Shown here piece by piece: positions 48,601 to 62,059 of a DNA stretch of 64,000 bases. A program made the translations under genes and the position numbers. The DNA comes from Magallana gigas. Lineage: Eukaryota. The stretch lies in NCBI RefSeq assembly GCF_963853765.1, contig NC_088860.1:868001-932000 (forward strand), in the 5' to 3' direction. The notes beneath the pieces were generated by a model. The model was given only the letters and a program-made list of their open reading frames with translations, ran no database searches and was not told the origin of the DNA. Each line of letters starts with the position of its first letter. The first letter of the stretch is position 1.

Positions 48601-50689
48601 ATGAATTTAGTGAATGAATGAATACAAAGAGAGAAGATTACCCTGTTTTATAGTAGCAGTTTGTACTAGTCTAGTAAAAGTATATCTTCCCAATTGTTCC
48701 ATTATACTAATATATTGATATTTGTAATTTACACTATTACATGTGTATTTACAGAGGAGAGAGGAGGCCAAGGGAATCCTTAAAGATATCCAGAACAGGC
48801 GGGCCAGGAGTGAGGGGGCGTACCCCCACCCAGTCAGGATGGATGACAGCCTGGGCTCCATCTGTCCCGACCCCCTCAACATCAGCACCAGGACCCCCTC
48901 CGTGTGTCTCTCCCCCGTCAATCTCAAGTTTGATATCGGCGACGACTGACCAGGAACTATTTTACAGTGTGTTCATAGACTGACTGACAACAAGCTTTTT
49001 GCCATTGTGATGAATTGGTCATCTATTGTGTTTGTGTAGTCCTGATAAGATTCAGTTGGGTTACCTAGCTCACATGATGGTTCATTGTAATCAACCAGAC
49101 AAGAACTGTGCAATCTTCTCACAGTATGTACTGACCCTGTAGTTTATTATGACACCAGAGGTCTGTTCAGCAGAGTTAACACTGTAACTATTGTGTTATA
49201 GAAAGAGGGAAATACGGGGAGTTGTGCTAACCTGGCCTCAGTTGTGATTTGATTTATAAATTGTTTCAATAAAATGGTTGAATGTTTCGATAAAACAGCC
49301 CATTCTTGTCACAGATGGTTATTGACTTCATGGAATCTTACAGTATCAACTAATAAATGCTATGTGGTCCTTATTGTTGTATAAATTTTTCTCTCGACTA
49401 TCTTAGTTTCTTGTATTTTCGTACACAACTAAAATCACTGGGTTTATTTTGGAATTATTTTGAACTTAATTCACATGCACACTTGTTATAGCTATTCATC
49501 TAATTTTAAGAAAAAGACCTCCCCAAATAAATCTACGATATAAACTTAGTTACCACCATGATTGTATGACCTGTGCTTTAATTCTTTGATGGTCATTTTG
49601 AATTTGAAAATACTGTAATATCTCTATATTTTGTGTGCCATACATTTGCACCCTAAAAAGTAGGGTGGCTCCATAACTAATAAAAAGATTAATGATTTTG
49701 TATTATGTAGATCAGTCTTTTTACATGAAATACTAGTAGTCTGTTAGACATTTTTGTATTATCTGATATAAGAAAAGAAAACATAAGAGACATATTTTGA
49801 AGACATTACACAGCGTACATGTTGCTAGTCTCAATCTTATATAATAATTACTTCCCTGTAGAAGTGTTATCTTCCTTAATTTCTTGTGTGTGGTATAAAA
49901 TAAGCATTTAAAAGTGACGAGACTTCTCAGAATACTACTGCATTTAGATGAAGTGTCAGGGAAGGATACACAGGATGTCCCTCCTAGGCTCTTTTTTGGT
50001 TAAAGTTATAATGTAACAGCTGTATATAAAATAGTTAATATGGGGATAATGTGTGGAATAAATATATAAGCAAGAGAATATTAAACTATGAACACACTTC
50101 GGTAATTCATGCGCCATGTGCACAAATATAAACATCTCCACGTGTTTTGAGTATATTTATTTTTGTAAGATTAAATAAAATCGTTCAATCTTACATAACC
50201 AATTTGACATGTACTTTTGAAAAACAATCATTAATATATTTACATTTTCAACTGTCGTTGTCTGTGATAACATTACAAATCAATTTTGAACTCTAAAACC
50301 CTATCCTATCTAATAACTACTTCACTTTTGAAGTGTTCTAGCTCTTCCTTAATTTCTTGTGTGTGATATATAATAAGCATTTAAAAGTGACTAGACTTCT
50401 CAGAATACTGCTGTATTTAAATGAAGTGTCAGGGAAGGATACACAGGATGTTCCGCCTAGGTTCTATATTGGTTACAGTCATAATGTAACACACCTGTAT
50501 ATAAGATAGTAAACATGGGGATAGAATGAAATCGATACATAACCTAGAAAATATTAAAATATAAAACAGTTCCAATACTGTTTCAACAATAGACGTTTGT
50601 GAAGTTTTGAAATGCACTTACATAGTTACAGGAAAACTTGCTAATTCAGTGGATCAAAGTTGGACATAATTTCTTGGGCAAGAACTAGT

Positions 50690-51059
50690 AACTCATTAAA
50701 GACAAAGAGTTAATGAGTTACCTCCTTTTTAATAAAAATGTAGATTTTTATTCCATAATTTATTACATAATCTTTTAAATATAGTAACTGTTATTTGATT
50801 TGAAACAATCTTTAATACATTATTTGATACGATAACTGAACAATTTAAACTAATTTTATCAAATATCTGTTCTACTGTTTTAGCTGCTTGCAATTTCCCT
50901 CGCCAATCATTGGATGAAACATTTCTTTCTGGGTGACATTTACCTTGTACTGCAGTTGAATGAGGAGGGACTCAAGATTTACCAACACCTGATACATAGG
51001 GATTGTCAAGAGTTCCTTCATTGTGTCATAGGTTGCCATGGCTGACAACAACATGAGAG
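50690..51059 (+). pseudogene. CDC23: Second orphan exon 5-end / exon 6 fragment fused to exon 3 of unit C
   Basis: Exon-6 homologue 50884..51059 (176 bp), same 38-bp junction to exon 3 as at 34394-34431. Confidence 0.83.
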
Positions 51060-54000
51060 GTAGGTCCTCTGTTGTGGTATTAAATGACTTTTATATGGAC
51101 TTTATTGAGGAGCATGACAAGTTTTATCTAGCTTTCAGTTTCTTTGATCTCATGGAATATGACAAGGCAGCCCTCTCTGTCCAAGACTGTAAGAACAAAA
51201 AAACATACTATCTTCACATGTATGGCAGGTACCTGGCTGATGAAAAGAGAAAATTAGACAATGCTCCGGATTCATTTGGTTAAGTTGTCAGTCAGTTGTT
51301 TTGTTAACAGTCATAGACAGTCAATTGATAGATTTTCCCATGTTTCTGTGATTTTATTGAAATTAGCAGTTTTCTGTCAAAGCTGTATCTAAAATGATAC
51401 AGGTTATGAACATTAAATGAATGTTCCTTTCTTTCAAGGTCCTCCAGACAAATTAGAGAATGGACACCTTAAAACTCTGAAAACAGAACTAGCCAAGAAG
51501 TATGCCATCACGGAACTGGATGGATTCTGTATCTATCTGTAAGTTAGTAGCAGTTTCTACTTGTAGGTAAAAGTATTAAAGGGGCATGGTCACTACTTTT
51601 GTCAAATTTTATTTTTCACTTTTTAAGGTAAGGTTTGCAGCTTGCATTTTTTAGGAATAGTACCAAAGTTATATACCATTTTGTTAAGTGTACTAAAGCC
51701 TTTTTTCTTATAAAATTCAAATGATTTTGCCGGACCCATTTTATAGCTACAAAAGGTCAAAGTTCATGATTTCAAACTGTCAGGTTGATGAAATGTAAAT
51801 ACTACCGGTAGTAGTTTTGTGAAAAATGTACGTTTTATATGGAACAAATATGGGTGTTATTTATGCTGAAAATGTTCGAAAATAATGTCACTATATTATG
51901 ATTGATTTGTCGTAATTTCCAATAAACTATTTAAGAAAAAAAGTATGTGTTTTCGTGAATGTTGCAGAATAACCTCCGAGGTCGAGAAATGTTTTGAAAT
52001 ATAACAGACGAGACATTGGCCGATGCTTTTATATTTCAAACAACATTTCGAGACCGAGGAACATTCACAATAACAAGAACTTTATTTCTGTTCTACTAAC
52101 AGCCCAGTATTTCTACAGATCATTTCTCCTATGTCAAGGTCCGACATTTTGAGGACTGTTCGGAATCCGTGTAACCACAACAGTTTTGTTAGTAATGTTA
52201 CATGTTTATCGATCAAAGGAATCACATGCAGACGACAGAATCTTTCTTTGGATTTTTAATACTCTTCACTTATTTGTAAAATATTTGCGAATCACATGCC
52301 TAATTTTTATAGGGCAATTATTACTACTTCACGTTATATATTTTATGTAAAAACATGCAGTGAAAATGTGCTAGGGAGGTCCTAGGAACAGCTGCATTGG
52401 TCCCTTAAAAATAAACATTTGAGGCAAAACACATCATTTTGACTGGAATTAACACGTGAAATCGACGCAGTTTTAAAACTTTTTACGGTTTGAAGTTGTA
52501 CTCTCATGGTCAGTGCGAGACAAATAGGTATTACTGATCTGATAATTTACTGATGACGTTCATGGTATATTGGAGAATAATGTCCGCGACATCTCTTTGA
52601 TCTCGGCAAAAACTTTAGTAGAATAAAAATTAAGTAGAATTATCTTAGTATATGTGCAATCTAGTGTTTCTAAAACACTATTGAAAACCATATGTTGCGA
52701 ACTTCATTTTTGTGTAAATCGATAAAATGCATGTTTCTTTTTGATTTTTCAATGTAAACTAGAAACCCCGTGAAATAAAAAAAACTGAAATCAAATATAA
52801 TGTCATATAAATTTTTACGTCATATTGGAAATATTAAAGGGTAATTGGTGTTACATCAAAATGAAAATCTGAGAGTTATCTCCCTGTAAAAATGCTTTAG
52901 TAATGCATTTCTAATGTTCAACCAAAATTTGAGTGAGAGTCATTGAGTTATAAGCGAGTTACAGATATCACAATTCTTTGTTATGTACAGTTATAAGTAA
53001 TGATGTGATGATGTAAGTTATTTTTGAAGCTGGTTTTTATATCTGCTGATTCTTTTTTAACATTTTGAACAAACATTTCCTCTGTTTGTCGCATTCATTG
53101 AAGGTCGAAATCTGGAATTTTTTTTCAGCATTAAGATGTAAACAATGACATTACCTGAGCTTTGTTTACATAACAATGAATTGTGGGCTCTGTATCTCGC
53201 TTACAACTTAACGACCGACATTCATGTGTTGGTTACTTTTAGAAATGCCTAACAGAATCATTGTAAACATAAAAAAAACAGGAAAATAAATTTTGCCCCA
53301 AACCGTAACCATGCTCCTTTTAATTTGTGAGACAGATCACTCGGTGACAGTTGTCTGAACGTAAGTCAATATAAAGTAGCTATCAAAAACAAAATCTTTA
53401 TAAATTGAAAATGATGATTTTTCTATTAATTCTGTATGGAATTTTATTTTGCAGGTACGGTGTGGTGTTGAAAAAGCTGGATTTACTGAAAGAAGCTATA
53501 GAAGTGTTTGTTGATGCGGTGAACTCTGAACCACTGCACTAGGGGGCGTGGTTAGAACTAGTGACCCTCATCAAAGACAAAGAGTCTGTGAGTTATCTCC
53601 CTTATATTGGTTAGAACTAGTGACGCTCATCAAAGACAAGGAGTCATTGAGTTATCTCCCTTATACTGGTTAGGACTAGTGACTCACCAAAGACAAGAAG
53701 TCAGTGAGTTATCTCCCTTATATTGGTTAGGACCAGTGACACTCATCAAAGACAAGGAGTCTGTGAGTTATCTCCCTTATATTGGTGTGAACTAGTGACA
53801 CTCATCAAAAACATGGAGTCTGTGAGTTATCTCCCTTATATTGGTTAGAACAAGTGACCCTCATCAAAGACAAGGAGTCTGTGAGTTATCTCTCTTTTAT
53901 TAATAAACTGATTTGATTAGATCTCAATTCCACACAGAAAATAATTTTTTACAATCTTTTAACTAACTACAGTAAATTGATTTAAGCAATCTTTAATACA

Positions 54001-54409
54001 TTGATACCATTACTGAATACATGCATAACAAACCGTCAGATGCCTTGATTCTTTTGTAGCTGATATGTTACCATCTCTTTTAACTACAGTAGTTTGATTT
54101 TAAGCAATCTTAAACACAGTAATACATAAACTGAATTCAATTAACTGAAAATAAATATCTACACAAATTTTAACTGCCTTGATACTGTTAAAGCTGCTGG
54201 CACTTTCCCTCCCCAATCACTGGATGAAGCATTTCTTCCTGGGTCACATTTACCTAGAACTGCAGTTGAATGAGGAGGGACTCAAGATTTACCAACACCT
54301 GATGGATAAAGGGTTCGTCAAGAGTTCCTTCATTGTGTCACAGGTCGCCATGGCTTACAACAACATGAGAGGTAGGTCCTCTGGTGTACGAGGTGCTTTG
54401 ATAGACATC

Positions 54410-55218
54410 GGTATTGGTCTTGATTTGTGTCAGGTGATTTAATAGACTTGGTATTGGTCTTGATTTGTGTCAGGTGATTTAATAGACTCAGTATTGGTCT
54501 TGATTTGGTTCAGGTGATTTGATAGGCTGAATGTTGGTCTTGATTTGAGCCAGGTGATTTGATAGGCTGAGTGTTGGTCTTGATTTGAGCCAGGTGATTT
54601 GATATGCTGAATGTTGGTCTTGATTTGTGTCAGGTGATTTAATAGACTCGGTATTGGTCTTGTTTTGTGCCAGGTGATTTGATAGGCTGAATGTTGATCC
54701 GGTATTGGTCTTGATATGTCAGGTGAATTGATAGACTCGGTATTGGCCTTGATTTGGTTCAGGTGATTTGATAGGCTGAATGTTGGTCTTGATTTGGTTC
54801 AGGTGATTTGATAGGTTGAGTGTTTGTCTTGATTTGGTTCAGGTGATTTGATAGGCTGAATGTTGGTCTTGATTTGAGCCAGGTGATTTGATAGGCTGAG
54901 TGTTGGTCTTGATTTGGTTCAGGTGATTTGATAGGTTGAGTGTTTGTCTTGATTTGGTTCAGGTGATTTGATAGGCTGAATGTTGGTCTTGATTTGAGCC
55001 AGGTGATTTGATAGGCTGAGTGTTGGTCTTGATTTGAGCCAGGTGATTTGATAGGCTGAGTGTTGGTCTTGATTTGAGCCAGGTGATTTGATAGGCTGAT
55101 TGTTGGTCTTGATTTGGTTCAGGTGATTTGATAAACTGAGTATTGTTCTTGATTTGGTTCAGGTGATTTGATAGACTCAGTATTGGTCTTGATTTGTGCC
55201 AGGTGATTTGATAGGCTG
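54410..55218. repeat. 40-bp minisatellite, about 20 copies
   Basis: Homologue of 37738-38466 with nearly the same order of unit variants. Confidence 0.9.
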
Positions 55219-55566
55219 AGAGGAGATATAGGCCTAGGGCATTATAATTTGATATATATTGTATCTTTAAATTGCAATCAAGGAGAGCACTTTGAGATTT
55301 CTAGTAATAAATTAGCAAATCCTTGATATTAAGATTATGAATTATCATAATAATTCCAACACTGGCAGAAAAAAAAAACTATCCTTTTGTAACAATTTAC
55401 GGATGAATGCAAAAAATGTACAATTGTAAGGAGTGTCATTGTGTACGTATTTGAATTTTTTTCCTTATATATTACTACAGTAGAACTAATTAAAAAAGTT
55501 AGTGTAAATGTTGTTTTTGTTGATGACTTCTCAATCTTGGTCTAATATTCCACCATACTGGTTTAT

Positions 55567-57740
55567 TTACTGGTGTGGTGTAGACTGAACCATATCATGT
55601 ATTCTCCTCTGTGTAGCAGTTTGTATTCTGTTCATTGGATGCTGTGTGAGTGACTGTTGGTATGAGTATAGAGCAGCCTGGAGGTTCCCTGTGATCTGTT
55701 GACAGATCCCCAGGATCTCCCAGGAGATGTCTCTGGATAGATCATATATATACATTCCCTGATCATGGTGGACTAGGACCTGTAGCTCATCTACAGCTGC
55801 TTGTGATAATGTCATATCAATGTGTCTGTGACACAAGAACTCTAGGAAGTGTAACATTACAAACACTGGGATATCTAATGTATACTCTCTGTTCTGTAGA
55901 GCAGACTGTTGTTCTGGTATTAGTTCACTGATATAACAGATTGTGTTGTCAAGTCTGATATCCTGTGCTACAGCCTGTCTCATCTTTGTAGACCAGGACT
56001 GTCCCCCTACAGCCTCAGTATACCTCTCTCTGTCTACATATCTATAATACATCAGATATGGCTGTGCTAACTTGACCTTTGTCATCTCTATAACAAATAA
56101 AGCTTCCCTGCATCTGAATGTCTTGTAATAATACATGGCAATGTACAACATGTCAGATACACACCCAAACTTGGCTGCTAATTTCAGCATGTGACATGAC
56201 AGTTTGTCTGCAATATACATCTGTTTGTTGACACATATGTTGTGCAATGTAAAGGCAGTAATCTGAAATATGAAGGCTGTAAGTCTCTGTAATATAACAG
56301 CTTGATAGTGTGTCAGGGGTGACTCTACCAACTGTTCTATTATGTGTATGTATTTGTTATGGCTATTTGTACTACTTTCAGCAATGTAAGAGGTCGCTTT
56401 AACAAGTTCTACATCATAATCAACTTCACTCCTCATTAATCTTTCATCTGTACAAATAGAAAGTCTAGGATTGTACAGGACATTAATGATGTAGGACCTG
56501 ATAGAGGAACTCTGTAACAGACAGGCCAGACCTTTCTTGTACAGTTCATGTAACTGTAGGAACAATCTGTTTTGTGCTGATCCATAGACCTTTGTCAGAA
56601 ACAGGTTGTTTTGTGGGATGAAAAAGTTCGGACAAACTCCCTCAGACACCCATTTAAGTAGGAGTTTAAAGCAGACCCAGAAACCGGCCAGGAGATTTTG
56701 TGGATGCCAGTGAGGTAGTGTGTTTTGTTGAATGGCCCAGAAAACGGTTGTCTTCATGTGATAGGAACACAACAGTTTATTGGTTTCTTCTAACTGATGA
56801 TTTATGACTTCCTTTAGGAAAAGTTTTAACAACCCATATGTTAAAAATTGACTGTGGTTCATTGAATACACAAGTTTATATTCTGCCCGAGAAAAAGAAA
56901 TTCTCCACTCTAGGTTTTCATTTGGTCCTAATGGGTGTCCTATTGCTACAAAGTGACACCCATTTCTGACAATATCATGAACAACTTCAGGATCAGGCCA
57001 TGAGTGACATCTGTCTATCCATAAAGAGGCAGATGGAGGCCAAAAGTCACAAACAAAACAGTGGGCAGTGTCATATTCTAATCCCCCATAATTACCACTA
57101 CCACAGGGTCCATGTACGGTAGAATTAGGAATTAATGCCGAACAAGTTAACTGTCTGTATATTGAACTAGATATATAGACTCTGCCATTCATTCTGACAC
57201 ATGCTGACTGGACGTATCTGTTTATTCGTGGTGTCAGTAACTGAAGTAAAGTGAATCCTGGTGGACTCTCAGAACTGTCAGAGAGAATCAAGGTTGTACT
57301 GGCTGTGTTGTAATACTCAGACTGAGACATGTCCATGATCACTCGGTAGTTGTTATACCATAACATAAAGTCCACATCTGATCCATTCAGTCTAAATCCT
57401 TCTCTGTGACTTCCACTAATCATCTTAATGAGCCCATCATACGATATCACTTGTCTCCTCACCATCTCCCAGATGTCCTCTGTCTCCCTCCTCAGGGCCA
57501 CCTGTTGTGAGGTTCCAACTATCTCACACAGTCCCACAATCACCGACTCAGACATGTGCTGGAGTCCTTCATATCTATATTATTATTATTTTGAAATATA
57601 TACTTTTATCATTTTATTCTTAATCAATTATTTCATGAACAAAATTGAAAACTTTATTATAGTATATACATGTATAATAATAAAAAGAGGATACTGATAA
57701 ATGTATGATGTACTTACGTTTCGTGAGGAAAGGACTCCAT
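55567..57740 (-). CDS. cGAS-like receptor (cGLR), copy C
   Basis: 662-aa ORF 55567..57555 with SGSHREGFRLNGSDVDFM and LEYD. First exon complement(57718..57740), exon 2 starting at 57574 ([18 protein letters not shown]...). Confidence 0.92.
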
Positions 57741-60623
57741 ATTAAATGTAAGGAAGTCAAACAACTGTGGAAATATTTAATCTTTTTTTGGGTGCTGGGT
57801 TTTTTTTTGGGGGGGGGGGGGTGTACTTTCATTTTGTGTCGTTATCCTAGAATTTTTTTTAAGTGCAAAGACATGTGACTCAAAATAATGGACTATAAAG
57901 TAATCTATAGTTAAGGCTTGTATCTTAAAGATCAACAATTTTTATAAAGATGGTCCTCAAGTATAAACTTTTTAAAACACTGTGCGGTTGCCTTGTTTAA
58001 AGTTTAATTAAATCGATGGGAATGTTTTTTTTTTTTTTTACAAACTTCTGGAAAAAAGCAGACAGAAAATAGATTTGCTAGCAAGTAGATTTCCTAAAAT
58101 ATCATGATTAAAATCTGAATGAATATAATTTTAGTCAGGTACTTTTTTTGCACACAGTCAATTAAGCTATTTTTACTGCGCTCATTTTTAAATTGATTGT
58201 TCAATGCAGTCATAATATGTGTAATGAAAAAGAAATAATATCAACAGAAAAAATTAATTTATGCCATGAAAAGAACTAAGTTTTATTCGTTTAGAATGTA
58301 ATTAATTTGGATGTTATGATTGTGACGGCCATTTTCTGTAAAATTGACCAGGAGGAAAACTCCCATTAAAGAGTATGAGAAAATATAAATAATATATTTA
58401 GCGAGATCAAAGATATTCAATGTACAGCACATTTTAGACATTTTTGTATTGTGCAGTAGTTAATTTAGTGAAATTAGAGAGCTATTTTAGCATTACAAAA
58501 TTCATTCATTTCCATCAAGTCATCAATATTGCTCCTGGGCCACTTTTAGGGGATGGTGGGGTTGGAATAAGGCATAACTTTGGGTAGTTATTTATTTCTA
58601 ATTAGTTGTTAACAAAAAGTGGATATTAAACAATGCATTTTCAAATATACCTGTAATAATTACCTGTAGTATTTTATGCATTTTTACCTTTGTTTGTTGA
58701 CAGAGGTATATATGACAGTCAACGCCTTCACTGAGCTGACAAAGATGGACCCCAACAGACTGGAGAATATGGACTACTTCTCCAATACTCTCTACATCAA
58801 GGTCAGGAGATGCCAAGTCTTGTCCATCAGATTAATCCTTTTTGATTGTGTGTTGAAGTGAAGTGTTGAAGATCTTTGCAATTTTTTTTTCTAGGAAATG
58901 CGGGCTGATTTAGCTCACCTGGCTCACAGGTGTTGTGACATTGACAAATACAGAGAGGAGACCTGTGTTGTTATAGGTAAAGCCTGCTACATGAACATTC
59001 AGTGTTATTTAAAGAGATTGTGGATATTCAAGGATTCACTTAAGATATTTGTTTGTGCCCAAGTGCCTGTTTTGACATAAGGATAGATTCTAAAGCCATT
59101 GTCTGCATCTTAAAAGATGTCGTTTGGCTTCTACAATCTGGCCTCAGGACCCAGATGTGTACAGAGTTCCCTGAGGTCCAAGTCCCAGTTTATCTCATTA
59201 CATTGCATCATTGTGAAGATCTCATTTGATTTTAATTTATTCTTACATTTTATTCATTTGACAGTCTTAAGTTATTTTCATGTCTAAGTATCTAGACATT
59301 CAGAAAAAAAATTTCAATTCATCATCAATTTCTTTTTCAGATATATTGTAAAACCAAAAACTTTCAGTTAATTGTTAGAATATACAGAGATGTTATTACT
59401 CTCAGTTTATCCAATTAACCAGTTTATCCAATTAACCAGTTTATCTAATTAACCAGTTTATCCAAGTCAAAACAAGGTTATCTCTCTTTTGACAGTAATT
59501 TAAAACTGCATGAAATATATCACAGGTAAGTGTGAATGAATGAATACAAAGAGAGAAGAGTACCCAGAATATGGTAACAATTTGTACTATAGTATATTTA
59601 TCAAATTGTTGCATTATACTGATATTTTTGTAATACACATGTATCAAATATTACGTGTGTTTTTACAGAGAGGAAGCCAAGGGAATCCAGAATGGGCGGG
59701 CCAGGAAGCAGGGGCATTACCCCATCCCTAACTTTCATTGTAAACAACCAGATATTGTTACTTTCGAATTGCACAGTCTTGGAATTGCAAGTGGTGGTCT
59801 GGTACTGTGGTTAAACAGGACGACAGACAATGTCTGATCATGGACTTGTTCTGATATAATGGACTTTTTAGGATACATCTGACAAACCATACATTTATTT
59901 ACTTGTCTCTTGTATCATGTGTACAATAAGATTGTTACTGTTATATATATATTTCTCTTGACCATCAACTATTGTTGTAAATAAATCTAACAAAACAAAA
60001 AGCTGCTGTAAATGATGTTCAGATTTATAAAACAGGAGATCCTACTGTTTGCTTTTGGGAAAGCTATTCAGATGTAGAAAATACCTGCTACTCATTTTGT
60101 TGAAGTTATCCCAATCATGGCTTATTTACAGTAATAACATTCAAAATCATAATAATTACAAAAATAATTTATTAGATAATTAATAAATATGATAATTAGA
60201 TATTCCCAATCCATGGACGATAACATCCACAAAAAGACATTAATACCATACACTTCATAACTAGCTGATGTTATGAATTCTACAAATGTTCAGGGGCAGA
60301 CAACTCCTGAGGGTTTATAACTAATCTCCTCCACCACTGGGCATGGCACAAACCTCATCATATCATATACAGTTTCTCTACATCTACAGACCTTCTAGAT
60401 GTGTAAGAAAAATATAGACAATGAGAAATTGGACTCTAGACACTGGCTCACATCCTAGTAAAGGCTAAACAAAGTGTGCTACACAGAATATCTGTTGCTC
60501 CGACTGTGACATCTCGGACTCTCCCTGCATGTTATACAATGTCTAACGGAGCGTGAACAAATCTAGAGATATCACTATCACAGACAGCTGTCCTATATCC
60601 GCCACACAGAGTCAGGCATATCT

Positions 60624-61385
60624 TTACCTCAGAGTTGCACTTTTCTTCAACACATGTCTCTGAATTCTCTGAAAAATACATCAAGGTTTTTTAATGGAAA
60701 AATTCGTTTTAAGTGACACAGCTGTATGAACACATGGATAAAATTCATTAAATATTAACATTTCTCATAACTGCTTGTTTTAGCTATAAATACTTTAAAC
60801 AGATTGTTTGCATTCAAAATAAAATGAATATTTGATAGATAAGGTCATCAAGCATGAACAACTATGATAATAGAGAGTACAAATGCACTATGTAGTACCG
60901 GTACTTAAATCTGTTATATTAGCTGCTATGTTAAAGATTTCAGACGATTCAGTAAGTTAGTTAAACTTCATGTATCATAGACCATCAGTACCTACCCTGT
61001 TAAAAACTTTAGCCTTTAGACGATTCAGCGCATAATCTTCCTGTGTCTTTTCTTGTTTCTTTTTCTGGACAACCTCTGCAAGTTTCTTATACGACCTATA
61101 AAATAAAACATTTCTGTCATTAAATCCATAACAAACCTAAGAAAGAATAAAATTTTACTAATGTTTAGTTGCAAAAATACTTTAAAATTAACCCAATAAT
61201 CAATTTACAAAACTACTTTAAAATAAACTCATTAATCAAATCAACTTAAAGGGTCTTTAGGCAATTTCGGAGATGAACTGCTTTTCCTATTAACTTGCAT
61301 AAGCTGAAGAATTTCACTTACTTGGCTGTGCGCTCTTTAATTTCTTGTTTAGTGAGGGACCTTTTCTTTGGAACATGGAGATTTT
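60624..61385 (-). CDS. Last three coding exons of an ALMS-motif centrosomal/ciliary protein (ALMS1 / CEP295 / C10orf90-like)
   Basis: GT-AG, phase-compatible exons complement(61322..61385, 60996..61095, 60624..60668) give ...NLHVPKKRSLTKQEIKERTAKSYKKLAEVVQKKKQEKTQEDYALNRLKAKVFNRRIQRHVLKKSATLR*. This resembles, from memory, the C-terminal ALMS motif (SKKEM..RSKRIY..LPEV.KK.EE.K....NRLRA..FKK). Upstream exons were not found. Confidence 0.72.
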
Positions 61386-61703
61386 CTGGAAAAATGAATA
61401 AAAATTTGTTACCGGAGTTTAATAACTTATATTTACATTCTACTGTGTTTTTCCATTAAATTCCGTGATGTTTAAATGCTTCTAAATGCAACAAGTAGTC
61501 AAAGGTCAAATTGACGAGTTTTATTATGACGTCACAAACGTTGAACGCTGTAATCTGCAACGTCACAAGCTAAAATCAAAGTTCACGCTTATGGCTGTTA
61601 CTGTGGCTCTTCCATTAATATTAACTTACCCTTAGGATAAGATAGGAATTTTAAGGTATGAATCACATTTGCAGACAAGGCAAGAAGTTCAAAAAAATGT
61701 AAA

Positions 61704-61868
61704 TATAAGCATTAAATCATGATTTTTTCAAGTATACACTCTCATAACTGCAGCGGTGTGTGCATACAAATTTTCATAACGCGCTAACGCGCGTTACTCA
61801 ATTTGTATGCACACACCGCTGCAGTTATGAGAGTGTATACTTCAAAAAATCATGATTCAATGCTATAT
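61704..61868. mobile_element. Palindromic MITE, about 165 bp
   Basis: Arms AATCATGATTTTTTCAAGTATACACTCTCATAACTGCAGCGGTGTGTGCATACAAATT and their reverse complement around a short CG-rich loop; TA-rich ends. Confidence 0.8.
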
Positions 61869-62059
61869 AATATACATTAATTTCATATAAAACTGTAGAG
61901 ATATATGTCAGCTTTAGGACAAATATATTCTGCTATTATGGTACATGCAATCTATCCTTCACAAAAAGACAACTAACTCAACCAATTATCTTAGTAAGAC
62001 AACCGGACTGACATTCATAAATTATTCATACAGCCCACTAGCTGTCATCTATTCTGATT

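Larger units (their letters stand above)
34432..48949 (+). pseudogene. CDC23: CDC23 copy B: exons 3-14, lacking promoter and exons 1-2, premature stop in exon 5
   Basis: Exons 34432..34612, 34773..34872, 36783..36915 (TGG>TAG at 36868-36870), 37522..37699 (acceptor TAG>AAG), 42584..42681, 42765..42846, 43185..43349, 45966..46074, 46744..46881, 47582..47660, 48205..48321, 48755..48949. Exons 7-14 remain open. Confidence 0.9.
51098..59730 (+). pseudogene. CDC23: CDC23 copy C: exons 3-8 plus remnants of exons 13 and 14
   Basis: Exons 51098..51278 (acceptor AAG>ATG), 51439..51538, 53455..53587 (TAG at 53540-53542), 54194..54371, 58704..58801, 58895..58976. A deletion junction near 59148 joins intron 8 to the end of exon 13; degenerate exon 14 start at about 59669-59730. 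Confidence 0.88.
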
